From assembly GCA_020184695.1 (NCBI GenBank), contig JAANOX010000026.1:1-64000 (forward strand): a DNA stretch of 64,000 nt, in the 5' to 3' direction. Shown here piece by piece: positions 1-10,585 of this stretch (within the stretch, counting starts at the first letter, position 1; the number at the start of each line of letters is the position of its first letter). Both the position numbers and the translations under genes were made by a program. Below the pieces are notes generated by a model that worked only from the letters and a program-made list of their open reading frames with translations, did no database searches and was not told the origin of the DNA. The stretch is from Histomonas meleagridis 2922-C6/04-290x. Taxonomy: Eukaryota > Protista > Parabasalia.

Positions 1-5
1 TTGTA

Positions 6-311
6 ATGGACTTATTAGATTATATCAAAGAATTAAAACTTAAAAAAGTGTTTACTATAAAACAATTACCTTATATTGATTTAATCAATTTTTATATTGA
101 GGACTTAGTAATATATAAATATATTATAATTGCTAAAAACAATATTTTAAAAAAGTCTAAAAAATTAGGTTTAAAACTCTATAAAATACAAAATAATGTA
201 AATATAAAAATAAAACCTCCAATTAAAAACATTGAGAAAGGACGTTATATTTTAATGTATGATCCTAACAAAAATGAAATAACTGTATGTTCTGGTGAAG
301 AAAAATATTAA
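6..311 (+). CDS. Hypothetical 101-aa basic protein of the viral element
   Basis: ATG-started ORF, convergent with the KilA-N gene 22 bp away; no recognisable motif. Confidence 0.55.
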   Translation: MDLLDYIKELKLKKVFTIKQLPYIDLINFYIEDLVIYKYIIIAKNNILKKSKKLGLKLYKIQNNVNIKIKPPIKNIEKGRYILMYDPNKNEITVCSGEEKY

Positions 312-333
312 TTATAACATATATATCCTTCAT

Positions 334-1131
334 TTAAAAGTAATCAATACCTTCAGTTCTTGATTTAGGCTGTAATGAATCTAAATAATCTCTTATTTTA
401 ATGTATTCATCTTCAGTAATATTTGATAATTTATTATATAATTTATCATTTTTAAGTTGCATTCTTATGTTCATACTTGCAGGGAATGTATACTGAACAA
501 TAAATGTTTTGAAAGATCTGTTGTTATCAGCTGATATTCTAATAACATCATCATCCTTATATATTGTTAATTTACGATTTTTAACGTTATTAGATCTAAC
601 AGCTTCATCATAAATGATATATTCATCAATTTGTTGTTTTGCGATAAGTTCTTTATTTTTGTTTTTGTACAGCTCTAATTCATTTGTTAAATTGTTAATA
701 ACTTCTTTCATATTAGATTCATCATCAATTAATTTTGCTTTACCAATTTTATTAATAGTATCCATTATTTTTCCGACATATACTGCATACTTAGGAGAAC
801 ACCAAATAGCTATGTAATTTATCAATCTTTGATCAACATAAGTACCCTGAACTTTATCAAAACCTTTCTTTAATTTATAAACAGGGTTTTTAGGGTGCAC
901 AGAATTCGGAGCACCGTCATTATAACCATATTCTTTAATAAATTCATTTAAATATTCAACCCAAGATTTATTTTCAAATAGTTTATATATTCTTTTATTA
1001 AATCGTTTACATAATTTAGTAGCGTTAATAAAACCGTCTTTTTCTCTAATTAATACAGATATATTGTTGTAAGTAGAATATATAAATTTTTCATTATTAG
1101 ATATTATTATTTGTTGTTGAACTTCTGACAT
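334..1131 (-). CDS. KilA-N (APSES-like) DNA-binding domain protein with coiled coil
   Basis: DGFINATKLC...W...GTYVDQRLINYIAIWCSPKYA matches the KilA-N signature. The ATG is at 1131; the ORF-track start at 1134 is TTG. Confidence 0.9.
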   Translation of the reverse strand: MSEVQQQIIISNNEKFIYSTYNNISVLIREKDGFINATKLCKRFNKRIYKLFENKSWVEYLNEFIKEYGYNDGAPNSVHPKNPVYKLKKGFDKVQGTYVDQRLINYIAIWCSPKYAVYVGKIMDTINKIGKAKLIDDESNMKEVINNLTNELELYKNKNKELIAKQQIDEYIIYDEAVRSNNVKNRKLTIYKDDDVIRISADNNRSFKTFIVQYTFPASMNIRMQLKNDKLYNKLSNITEDEYIKIRDYLDSLQPKSRTEGIDYF

Positions 1132-1312
1132 CAATACTTTTATGAGAATAAAAATAATGATAAAATTTTATAAACGATGTGTTTTAAGTTGCTCCTTTTT
1201 CGCGCAAACCTCTTTTATCAATATCGTAGTATGCGGGACAATTTTGTCCCAACTCATTTTAACATATAAACTTATAAAAAATAATCTGTTAACAACAATA
1301 CTTTTAATAAAA

Positions 1313-2140
1313 TTATTTCAATGTAACTGCATTTCGATAATTATATATAAATACTAATTGTATAATAAATTTACAATATCTTGGATATATAAATTTTTTA
1401 TTACTGTTTGAAAATGTTATATTAAAAGTATTACCGTCTGTTGGAGGATTAAATAATACAGTAGGTTTATCATAGAAATCATTATTTAGACCTATAAATC
1501 TGCGTTTATTATCACTAAATGAAGCATTAAACTCAATATATTCTCGATCCCACACATTATCAAATTGTAAGCTTATATTAGATTGGTTTTTTAATTTATC
1601 AATATTTGTTTGTGAAGTATCTTGATTCAAAAACTTTAAGAAATTTGTTAGATTTTCATTAGAAGTGCTTTTGACATCTTGAAAACAAAAATTGCATTGA
1701 TTTATTGTTTGTGTATCAGATTTATATTTACAAAAGATATTTAATGTATTGTTTTCATCTAAATCGAATAATAATATATAATTTGTTGCTTGTGCATTAA
1801 ATTGATTACACATATCAAATAATATTTCACGTAATGTATTATTTGATTGAATATATAAAGTAACATTACGTGTAAGACCGCTTGATTGACTCGGACCTTT
1901 AGCCCAAATTTTTAACATAATAGTATGACTTGTAGGTGTTATTTTTAAACGTCTTAAACTGATAACTTTATTTTGACTTGGACACTCAATCCAACGCTGT
2001 GGAAAACGAAAAGTATAACCTTTACCTTTATCTAATTTATCAATATTTTGTTCATTTTCTTGTACATCAAAATTTGTATATATTTCTTCTACAGGCAGTT
2101 GTGATACACTAGTGCTCATTTGACGTTCATTTTTATACAT
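1313..2140 (-). CDS. Putative minor capsid protein (penton-like single jelly-roll)
   Basis: 275 aa. N-terminal YTFRFP..W..VISLRRLKITP and C-terminal FNITFSN...FIIQLVF beta-strand patterns resemble Polinton pentons, and the gene sits next to the fibre gene. Pattern-level resemblance only. Confidence 0.45.
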   Translation of the reverse strand: MYKNERQMSTSVSQLPVEEIYTNFDVQENEQNIDKLDKGKGYTFRFPQRWIECPSQNKVISLRRLKITPTSHTIMLKIWAKGPSQSSGLTRNVTLYIQSNNTLREILFDMCNQFNAQATNYILLFDLDENNTLNIFCKYKSDTQTINQCNFCFQDVKSTSNENLTNFLKFLNQDTSQTNIDKLKNQSNISLQFDNVWDREYIEFNASFSDNKRRFIGLNNDFYDKPTVLFNPPTDGNTFNITFSNSNKKFIYPRYCKFIIQLVFIYNYRNAVTLK

Positions 2141-2159
2141 TATTTAATTATAATAAAAT

Positions 2160-5100
2160 ATGTTAAATAATAGGATTGACAGAATTGAAAACGTTGTAAA
2201 ATCATTATTAAATAAAAATAGTGTTGTATATTCTAATCACAGTAAAACAGCAGATACTATTAGTAACGGTATATGTTCATTAACAATTAATAGTATAGAT
2301 AAATCATTTATATTTACTTACGGAAGAAATCATATAATAATTAATCCTTTAGATAACAGTATAAGAAACCTTGTTCTTATAAATGATATATTAGTAAGTG
2401 ATATTATTACAGGATCAAATATTATGAATAATGCTTATTTAAAACAAATGTTTAGTGATATTGATAAAGTATTGACTTTATATAAAGAATTTGTTAAAAT
2501 AAATGAAGATAATAATACTGTTAATATAAGCAATTTATTAATAGATACTATTAACGGCTATTCTACAGAAGATTTTGCTTTAAAAGATCATACTCATGAT
2601 GACAGATATTCTTTAAAAGATCATAATCATGATGATAAATATTCTTTAATAGATCATACTCATAATATATTTAATAATGATATTACTGTTAACGGTAAAA
2701 TTAATGATTATTATATTTTAAACAGTGCTGGAGGAGGATCTAATTCAACAATAACAATTCCTTGTATAGCTACTGTTAAAACAGACGGCGTTATGGAAGT
2801 AGGAGAATACATTGATTTTCATTACAGAGATGATTATAATAAAGATAATACTTGGAGGATTAGAGCAATAACTGATACATTAAGTTTTCAAGCAAAAGGC
2901 GGTAAAACAATTATTTTTAATAATAACGGCAATATAACAACAAATAGTATTAATAATATATCTGTTGACAGTTTTTCTTTAACAACACATAACCATGATG
3001 ATAGATATTCATTAATAGATCATATACATAGTGATTATTTAACAAGTGCTAATTTAGATAATATTAATAATAAATTAACTGGTATATATTATAACGAAGA
3101 ATTATTAGAAACTAATGAGGAGGAAGAAGAGGACATTTATGAAAAATATACATTAATAAATCAAGATCTTATTGTTAACGGTAAAATTAATGAAATTGAT
3201 ACTAATAATATAGCACTTATTGAAGACGGTATTTTAACTATTTCTGATGTAATATTATTTGAGAATGGTGTTAATATATCAACTTATGATAATATCACCG
3301 ATGAAGGAATTACTGAAAACAATTTATTAATTAATTTTCCAAACGGTAATAGTATTATGTTAGAAGACAGTGGACATACTTATGGGATAGTTAATGTTGA
3401 TGGAGTATTAACATCAGAATACTATTTAACAAAACAAATGATTATAGATGATGATGAGATACAAGAATTATTAACAGGAGCGCCTGGAGAAGATGGTGAA
3501 GGATATAAGAAGAACTGGTTAGAATACTTATTAGATGCCTTTTCTTTTGCTATGTCATTAGCAGAATTTGCTGAACTGGCAAGTAAAGTATATAACAGTA
3601 TTAAAAACAGTTCTTGGGCTATGTCGTTAATTAGCAGATTAAAGAATGTGGTTACAGGAGCCAGGGGTTACATACCTATACCTACAGTAAGATCTGTTGT
3701 ATTTGATGAATATGATATATCAACAGATGAAAATTTAGATGATTTAGAAGGTCCAGATGATACTGATATCGATAATAATTTTAATGAATATAACTATTTA
3801 ATAAATCTGTTTCCTGAAATGAATACTATATTTAAGAACTTAAAGTATTATTATAAGGATGTTTCTAAAGGACAAAGAACTAATGAATTAGGTATGTTAT
3901 TAGTTGACTGTCAAATATATAAACGTTTTATAAATCATACTCATGATCAATACTTAATAAGCTCTGATTTAAATAATTATACAGGAATTACTTATCATAA
4001 GGATTTATTAGAAACAATTATTAATGAAGAAGAGGAGGAAGAAGATGTTTATGAAATATATACTGATATAAATCAAAATTTAAAAATAAATGGTGATATA
4101 GAATGTAATTTTATTAACGGTATTGATTTAGATGAATTATCAATAATTAGTAATGATATATTTAATATTAACAATAAGCTAACAGGAATTACTTTTAATA
4201 AAGATTATATAGAAACTAATGAAGAAGAAGATGTTTATGAAATATATACTGATATAAATCAAGATTTAAAGGTAAATGGTAATATAGAAGTTAATTCTGT
4301 TAACAATATACCTGTTGATAATTTTTCATTAATAAATCATACTCATGATCAGTATTTAACTAATGATAATTTAACTGATATAAATAAGGCTTTAACAGGA
4401 ATATCATATAATGAATATGGCGATTGGACTAAGATTGAACATGATTTATTAGTAGGTAATGATATTTCATGTAGAATATTGACAGCAAGTCGTAATATCA
4501 ATATTGATTGTAGTAAATATTCAGATGATACAAATATTTATAAAGGATTATTCATTTATAGATCTAATGCAGTAACAGGTAATTCTATCAGAATGGAAAT
4601 AGGTGTATTACCATATGGCGATGATTGTAGTATAATAGAACATTACGTAGGTTCTGATGATAATATTGATACTTGTTTAAGATTTAAAACTTGTGGCGGT
4701 AATTATGTAAGTATATTTAGAAACGGTAATATTAGTTGTAATTCTATTAACGGAATTGATACTAATAATATTTCATTAACAACACATAATCATGACGATA
4801 AATATTCATTAATAAATCATACTCATAGTTATAATGATATTACTGATAAACCAACAACTTTTCCGCCAAGTTCTCATAATCATGATGAAAAATATTCTTT
4901 AATAAATCATACTCACAACACAATTGATAATAATTTAACTGTTAACGGAAATATAAATTGTAATTATATTAATGATATTGACACTGATAACATATCTTTA
5001 ATAAATCATACTCACAACACTATAAATAACGATTTAAAAATATATGGTAATTTAGAAGTAAATTATATTAATAACATACCTGTTGATAACTTCTCTTTAA

Positions 5101-6161
5101 CAAGTCATAATCATGATGATAAATATTCTTTAATAAATCATACTCATACAGAATTTGATAATGATATTACTGTTAACGGTAAAATTAATAATTATTATTT
5201 GAATAACGGTTCTTCAGCAGGAAATTATTTAAACACATTGCCTTGTATAGCTACTGTTAAATCAGACGGTGTTATGGAAGTAGGTTGTTATATAGATTTT
5301 CATGATAATAATGAATTTAACAGTGATTACTCTTGGAGAATAACATCTACTGATTCATTAGAGTTTAAAAGAAACGGTTCTGGATCAATTACTTTTAATA
5401 ATAACGGCAATATTCAATGTAATACTGTTAACGGAATTAACTTAAATAATTTAGCATTAACAAGTCATACTCATGAACCAAATGATATAGTTCCTTATCA
5501 AAATGCTGTATTAAAAACAGGTAGATTTTTAGATTTCGTATATCATGATCAATCAACAGAAGCACCTGGAACATATACTTGGAGAATAACTTCTTATCAA
5601 AATGAATTAGGATTTTGGCATTATTCTAATGATACTTATAGAAAAGCAATTATTAGCAGTTCAGGAGGAGGTCAAATTAATAAAACAATTATACATAACA
5701 GTCCTATTTCTGAAAATGATAATATTAATAATTTCACTATTGGAAAACCTGTGTTTATAACAGGAAATGTTTATAAATTAACTTCTGACAAAAATAATGT
5801 TAATAAATACACTTCTACAACGGATTCTACTAACTGTATACCTTCTGTTAAAAGTACAGGTTCTTATAAAGAATTTATAGGAATATGTGTTGATAAGCAT
5901 GCTGCTAACAGTGTTTTTCAAATAGGAGATACTATAAAACAAGATATAAGTATTAATCAAGATACTGTTGATTTTGCTTCTCACGGAGATTATTATTTTA
6001 ACGTTAATGATTCTAGTAAATATTCTGTTGGCGATATAATATTATTTGACGGCAGTATTTTAGATGATGATACTGTATTAACAACAAAAATAAACAGTAT
6101 GATTATTGGAAAAATAACTTCAATAATTGATAATAATACAGTAGCTGTTTTTAAAGGATAA
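2160..6161 (+). CDS. 1333-aa fibre-like structural protein with phage tail-fibre repeats
   Basis: Many HTH/HNH motifs (DHTHDDRYSL, HNHDDKYSLINHTH), two ATVKxDGVMEVGxYIDFH...WRI modules, three ETNEEEE(E)D(I/V)YE modules and a distinct C-terminal domain. Confidence 0.75.
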   Translation: MLNNRIDRIENVVKSLLNKNSVVYSNHSKTADTISNGICSLTINSIDKSFIFTYGRNHIIINPLDNSIRNLVLINDILVSDIITGSNIMNNAYLKQMFSDIDKVLTLYKEFVKINEDNNTVNISNLLIDTINGYSTEDFALKDHTHDDRYSLKDHNHDDKYSLIDHTHNIFNNDITVNGKINDYYILNSAGGGSNSTITIPCIATVKTDGVMEVGEYIDFHYRDDYNKDNTWRIRAITDTLSFQAKGGKTIIFNNNGNITTNSINNISVDSFSLTTHNHDDRYSLIDHIHSDYLTSANLDNINNKLTGIYYNEELLETNEEEEEDIYEKYTLINQDLIVNGKINEIDTNNIALIEDGILTISDVILFENGVNISTYDNITDEGITENNLLINFPNGNSIMLEDSGHTYGIVNVDGVLTSEYYLTKQMIIDDDEIQELLTGAPGEDGEGYKKNWLEYLLDAFSFAMSLAEFAELASKVYNSIKNSSWAMSLISRLKNVVTGARGYIPIPTVRSVVFDEYDISTDENLDDLEGPDDTDIDNNFNEYNYLINLFPEMNTIFKNLKYYYKDVSKGQRTNELGMLLVDCQIYKRFINHTHDQYLISSDLNNYTGITYHKDLLETIINEEEEEEDVYEIYTDINQNLKINGDIECNFINGIDLDELSIISNDIFNINNKLTGITFNKDYIETNEEEDVYEIYTDINQDLKVNGNIEVNSVNNIPVDNFSLINHTHDQYLTNDNLTDINKALTGISYNEYGDWTKIEHDLLVGNDISCRILTASRNINIDCSKYSDDTNIYKGLFIYRSNAVTGNSIRMEIGVLPYGDDCSIIEHYVGSDDNIDTCLRFKTCGGNYVSIFRNGNISCNSINGIDTNNISLTTHNHDDKYSLINHTHSYNDITDKPTTFPPSSHNHDEKYSLINHTHNTIDNNLTVNGNINCNYINDIDTDNISLINHTHNTINNDLKIYGNLEVNYINNIPVDNFSLTSHNHDDKYSLINHTHTEFDNDITVNGKINNYYLNNGSSAGNYLNTLPCIATVKSDGVMEVGCYIDFHDNNEFNSDYSWRITSTDSLEFKRNGSGSITFNNNGNIQCNTVNGINLNNLALTSHTHEPNDIVPYQNAVLKTGRFLDFVYHDQSTEAPGTYTWRITSYQNELGFWHYSNDTYRKAIISSSGGGQINKTIIHNSPISENDNINNFTIGKPVFITGNVYKLTSDKNNVNKYTSTTDSTNCIPSVKSTGSYKEFIGICVDKHAANSVFQIGDTIKQDISINQDTVDFASHGDYYFNVNDSSKYSVGDIILFDGSILDDDTVLTTKINSMIIGKITSIIDNNTVAVFKG

Positions 6162-6192
6162 TTAAAAATAATATATTTGAAATCTCTTATTT

Positions 6193-8401
6193 TTAATCAT
6201 TGTCAATATGTTCTGTTTGATGATATATATTTTTATACTCATCTTTTAATATATAATACCACTTTCTTTCACCAGAAGTTTGACGTTTTCTATAACACTT
6301 ATCTTTTAATTGAAGTTGAAAAGACCTTTCTTTAATATCATATGGTTTATTATATAATACTTCTGAACATAACCAACCCTCACATAATTTATCATAATTA
6401 TCACATATGAATTGTTCTACAGGGTTTCTAGAAGCTTCTATTAAATCTTGTTTAGATTCAGTTATAGGTATGATTCTAGGATTATAATTATTAATATCTC
6501 TGTTCATAAAATATGTTAATAAATGATTATAAAACTCAGTAGTAAAACTGTTATATAAATTATTCCAATAATCATGATTGTCCTTATATTTACCGTTACA
6601 TAATAATACGACATATCTTCTGTCACCTGATTCTATTTTTACAGGATAACTGTTATTAGTAACGAATATACAATTAGCAACGTTTTCAGAAGTTCTTCTA
6701 GGTTGATTTTTTTCATTAATTCTAATAGTTTTATCAGTAATAATTGACTTTAATGTATCAAAATTTGCAAGTCTGTCTTCACCGACATTTTTTAATTCAT
6801 TTAATACTAATAACATCTTACTTTCAACAACGCTGTTAAAATTACCTGTTAATTCACCTATTTGATTAATATTTTTTTCACTATATCCGCTTAATAATTC
6901 ACAAATAACGTCAGTAAATGTATTCTTACCAATACCTTGCAATCCTTTTAAAACAATTGCAGTTTCAGTTTTTTTACCGGGATTTTGTATTATATATGAT
7001 ACCCAATTTAATAGATAATTATATATATCATTATTATTATCAGCAATTACTTCTTTAATCATATTTAAGAAATTAGATATTATATCTATGTTTATTTTAT
7101 CAACAGATTTGTATTTATATCCTTGAAATATAGAAAATATACCTTTATTGTTATTACTATAGAATCTAACTCCCTTTATAGTTAGTTTTGATTGATATGC
7201 TATAAAAGCGTCGTAAGCAGTGATTGTTTTTCTATCATCTTTCCAAAGTTTAATCATTTTAAGCAATTCTTTCATATTAGTATTTGTCATATAACCAATA
7301 ACATATTTATCATTATGAATATCAAACGTTTTTAATAATAAACATTAAATTATTACTTTCTACAAATCTAATTACTTTGCTTAGATCTTCAACAATATCC
7401 TTAAAACATTTATATATATGTTTCTCAGCTTTCTCACGTATATTTGTCATGCTAAAATTATCATTAAGTATTATATCATGTATAACAATATCGTCAACAT
7501 CATTTTTAATGAATTTCTTATAAAAATCGTTATTATAAAAGTTTGATTATTTTTAATTAAAACTCCGTAATGAGTTTGTAAATGCATATATCTCTCTTTA
7601 GCATTATAAAAGTTAGATTTAGCATTAGGCGTTAAGTTACAATTATTATATATAAAGTCATATGCTTCATTTATTACTTCATTAGGTAAACTATTAATAG
7701 CTTGAAATAGCGGGAATAATGTAATTTCTTTTGATAAAGGTATATCACCAGAATCATTATGTATTTCAAGACCTTCTAAACCATACATTAATGTTCTAGC
7801 AAAACCGACAGTGATATTGTCAGAGTTATTATACATCTTAATAATATTTTTGAACTTCCTGTGGTTGTTCTATAGTTATTTTTATATCTAAATCCTTTAA
7901 TATATCATTAACATTTCTGATAATAATACTGTCATAATTACCTCTAATAAATTCATATGTTGAAATAGGTAATTTATGTGATGAATCTCTATATTTTAAA
8001 CCCGCCATTACAATTAATGAACGTTTATTTTCATCATAACAATTAAATATATATATATCAAATTCATTAGATTTATAACATTTAATCATTCTGTTATTAT
8101 TAGCAATAAATTCATCAGTATTACAGTATATATGTAAACCGCCTGAAGCTGTTTTTACAATAATATCATCATCAGATAACTTAGATAAAATATTATTACG
8201 TATTTTATCTTTAGTATCGTTATCTAAAGATTTATTTATATCAATATCTATTACTGATAAATTTTTAATTTTATTATTTAATAAAGCTTTGCCTGTAACA
8301 GTATTTCTTCCGGGTTGTCTTTTGTCGTGTTTATTGTAATTATATAAGTTGATGATATTATTACCAATACGTTCTTTTAATGTTGTCGTAGTCTGCGACA
8401 T
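6193..8401 (-). pseudogene. AEP primase-polymerase + SF3 (D5/NrS-1-like) helicase fusion, split by three frameshifts
   Basis: N-terminal part has VIDID and KTASGGLHIY; C-terminal part has Walker A GLQGIGKNT, Walker B LVLNE and motif C FVTNN. One-base indels at homopolymers near 7847-7851 (+1), 7537-7540 (-1) and 7329-7333 (+1) join ORFs 7838-8401, 7471-7836 and 6193-7290 into one ~735-aa frame. Confidence 0.85.
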
Positions 8402-8550
8402 GATCTATTTTTATAAGAGGAAAAAAAATGAAATTATATATAAACAATACTGTTTTTTAAAAGTAATATTTTTGATATATATTTTTCCAAACATATTAAT
8501 ATATATATATTTTTCCAAACATATTAATATATATATATATTTTGAAACAT

Positions 8551-8623
8551 AATACTTATGAAAACAATACTTATAAAAACAATACTTATAAAAACAATAC
8601 TTATGAAAACAATACTTATAAAC
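8551..8623. repeat. Tandem 15-bp repeat AATACTTAT(G/A)AAAAC, about 5 copies
   Basis: Units start at 8551, 8566, 8581, 8596 and 8611 (last copy partial). Confidence 0.9.
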
Positions 8624-8670
8624 ATATTATTTTTCAACAATCAATATTACAGCAGATTTATAGTAAATCT

Positions 8671-8969
8671 ATAGTATTTCTTCAAAGTCCTTGATGTCCC
8701 TGTCTGTCCGTAGACATATAACTTCATCTAAAACTTACCCGCAACACGACAATTTACGCAATTACGCAACAAAAATATTATTAACAATATAATTACAAAC
8801 AACATAAGTTTTAAAAAATGTTGTGTAAAAATATATGTATTAAAAGTATGTTATTTTTGGTTATTTTTATAGTATTTCTTCAAAGTCCTTGATGTCCCTG
8901 TCTGTCCGTAGACATATAACTTCATCTAAAACTTACCCGCAACACGACAATTTACGCAATTACGCAACA
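8671..8969. repeat. Perfect 101-bp direct repeat (8671-8771 and 8869-8969)
   Basis: ATAGTATTTCTTCAAAGTCC...TTACGCAACA is identical in both copies, period 198 bp. Confidence 0.92.
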
Positions 8970-9452
8970 TAACAACAATAATATATATATATATTGCGTA
9001 ATATATATTGCTAACAATTATTATAATAATAACCCTTTATAAAAGACGTAGACAGACAATATATATATATATTATATTTTCAACAATTTATATTTTCAAC
9101 AGTTATATTTTCAACAATTTATATTTCTAACAATTTATATTTCTAACAATTTATATGTTAATAATTTATATTTCAACAATTTATATTTCAACAATTTTAT
9201 ATGTTAATAATTTATATTTTCAACAGTTATATTTTCAACAATTTATATTTCTAACAATTTATATATTAATAATATTATGTCTGACTATGTCTTTTATAAA
9301 AGGGTATTATTAAAATAATTTGTAGCAATATATATTATACAACATCATATGTTTGAAAATTGCGTGTTGCGTAGTTGCGTGTTGCGGGTAAGTTTTAAGA
9401 GAAGTGTTCGTCCATAAGACAACCGTGGACACAAGGACTTTGAAGAATATAT
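8869..9452. repeat. ~580-bp imperfect palindrome whose central loop is a tandem array of ~16-17-bp units
   Basis: 9361-9451 is a diverged reverse complement of 8869-8969. 9270-9340 is a diverged reverse complement of ~9000-9062. The loop (~9072-9268) is about 12 copies of ATTTATATTT(T)C(T)AACA. Confidence 0.85.
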
Positions 9453-9567
9453 TTTGAAAATTCAACTTTTAAAAACCTAATATTTATCATTATCATGTTA
9501 GGATATATATATTTGAAAATTCAACTTTTAAAAACCTAATATTTATCATTATCATGTTAGGATATAT
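9453..9567. repeat. Tandem duplication of about 60 bp
   Basis: TTTGAAAATTCAACTTTTAAAAACCTAATATTTATCATTATCATGTTAGGATATAT occurs twice in tandem. Confidence 0.88.
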
Positions 9568-9660
9568 GCTTTCAAAATTTAATTTTATTCTCGAAGCGAA
9601 TGAGAATGAGCTGAGAGCACACACCGAGCGAAGCGAAGTGCACATAGAAACGAAGTGGAG

Positions 9661-10358
9661 ATGTGCTGTGTGTGTGTGTTATGGGGAGCTGTTCTTCATT
9701 CAAAGGAAATTGATTTAAGCACAAGAAAAAGAATTTTAGATATCATTAAACACATATTTTTCAGGGAATATTGTCAATTATACTTTAACCATTCTCAAGA
9801 ATTGCCTGAAAAATTCTCAAAGAATGTTCGAAGCATTTCATTTTATTCAAAGGATAAATTAAAGCGAATGATAAATACAATCATTGGATTGTATTATGCC
9901 TTAAAAAATTATCCTGAAAAATTAGCCTTGAATCGCATTTCATCGCATCCCATTGAAAACACATTTGGGATTACGCGATCAACAATGCAAAACAAGCTTG
10001 GAGTTGATGTTTTTATTTCTTCCCTGTCTAGAAACACTTTGAAAAATCAATTGCTAAACGAACTAAAAATAGAATTACCCCCCAAGCCGAAAAGCTTCAG
10101 ATGCAGGTGTTTTTCCTAAATGGAAGAGAAGTGCAACATGTTAATTTTGACGTAAATGCATGCAAAATGGAAATTGATAAACTTAGGGCATCAATTGCTA
10201 ATAATATGAATTATGAATACAAAGGCACTCAATTAAGAACGTTGATCAAATGCTTGTCTATAGACCCTTCATTAAACTTTAGAGAAAAGAATAATAATAG
10301 TATTTCTGGTTCTTCAATTGTTGCAAGGAATATTGCTTCAACGCAATTTATCAACTGA
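9661..10358 (+). pseudogene. 5'-truncated, frameshifted P-element/THAP9-like transposase C-terminal remnant
   Basis: LALNRISSHPIENTFGITRS resembles the (L/F)SQDPLENFFGxIR motif of P-type transposases. ORFs 9655-10119 and 10101-10358 overlap out of frame. Confidence 0.5.
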
Positions 10359-10402
10359 AATAAATAAAAAAATTTAGCAGTGAAATTTATGAACTAAATC
10401 AA

Positions 10403-10585
10403 AAAATAATCATGAATTCTATCTTCAAAAAGGGAAGAAATAAGATATGTCTTGTGTTGTGAGAAAACGGAGGAGATTGTTGGAAGAATGAATGATCTGA
10501 AAAAAATCGAAATCGAAAAATAATCATGAATTCTATCTTCCAGAAGGGAAGAAATAAGATGTGTGCTGTGTTGCAAGAAAATAAA
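10403..10585. repeat. Imperfect tandem repeat, ~118-bp period (about 1.5 copies)
   Basis: AAAATAATCATGAATTCTATCTTC.A.AAGGGAAGAAATAAGAT.TGT..TGTGTTG recurs at ~10403 and ~10518; likely subterminal sequence of the P-like element. Confidence 0.75.

Larger units (their letters stand above)
1..9645. mobile_element. Arm of an endogenous Polinton/Maverick-like virus (continues left of the window)
   Basis: Tightly packed intronless ORFs: KilA-N, candidate penton, HxH-repeat fibre, AEP primase-SF3 helicase. These are followed by a repeat-rich noncoding terminus (8402-9645) and then an abrupt switch to an unrelated transposase fragment. No major capsid, integrase or ATPase gene is inside the window; the right boundary is approximate. 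Confidence 0.75.
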
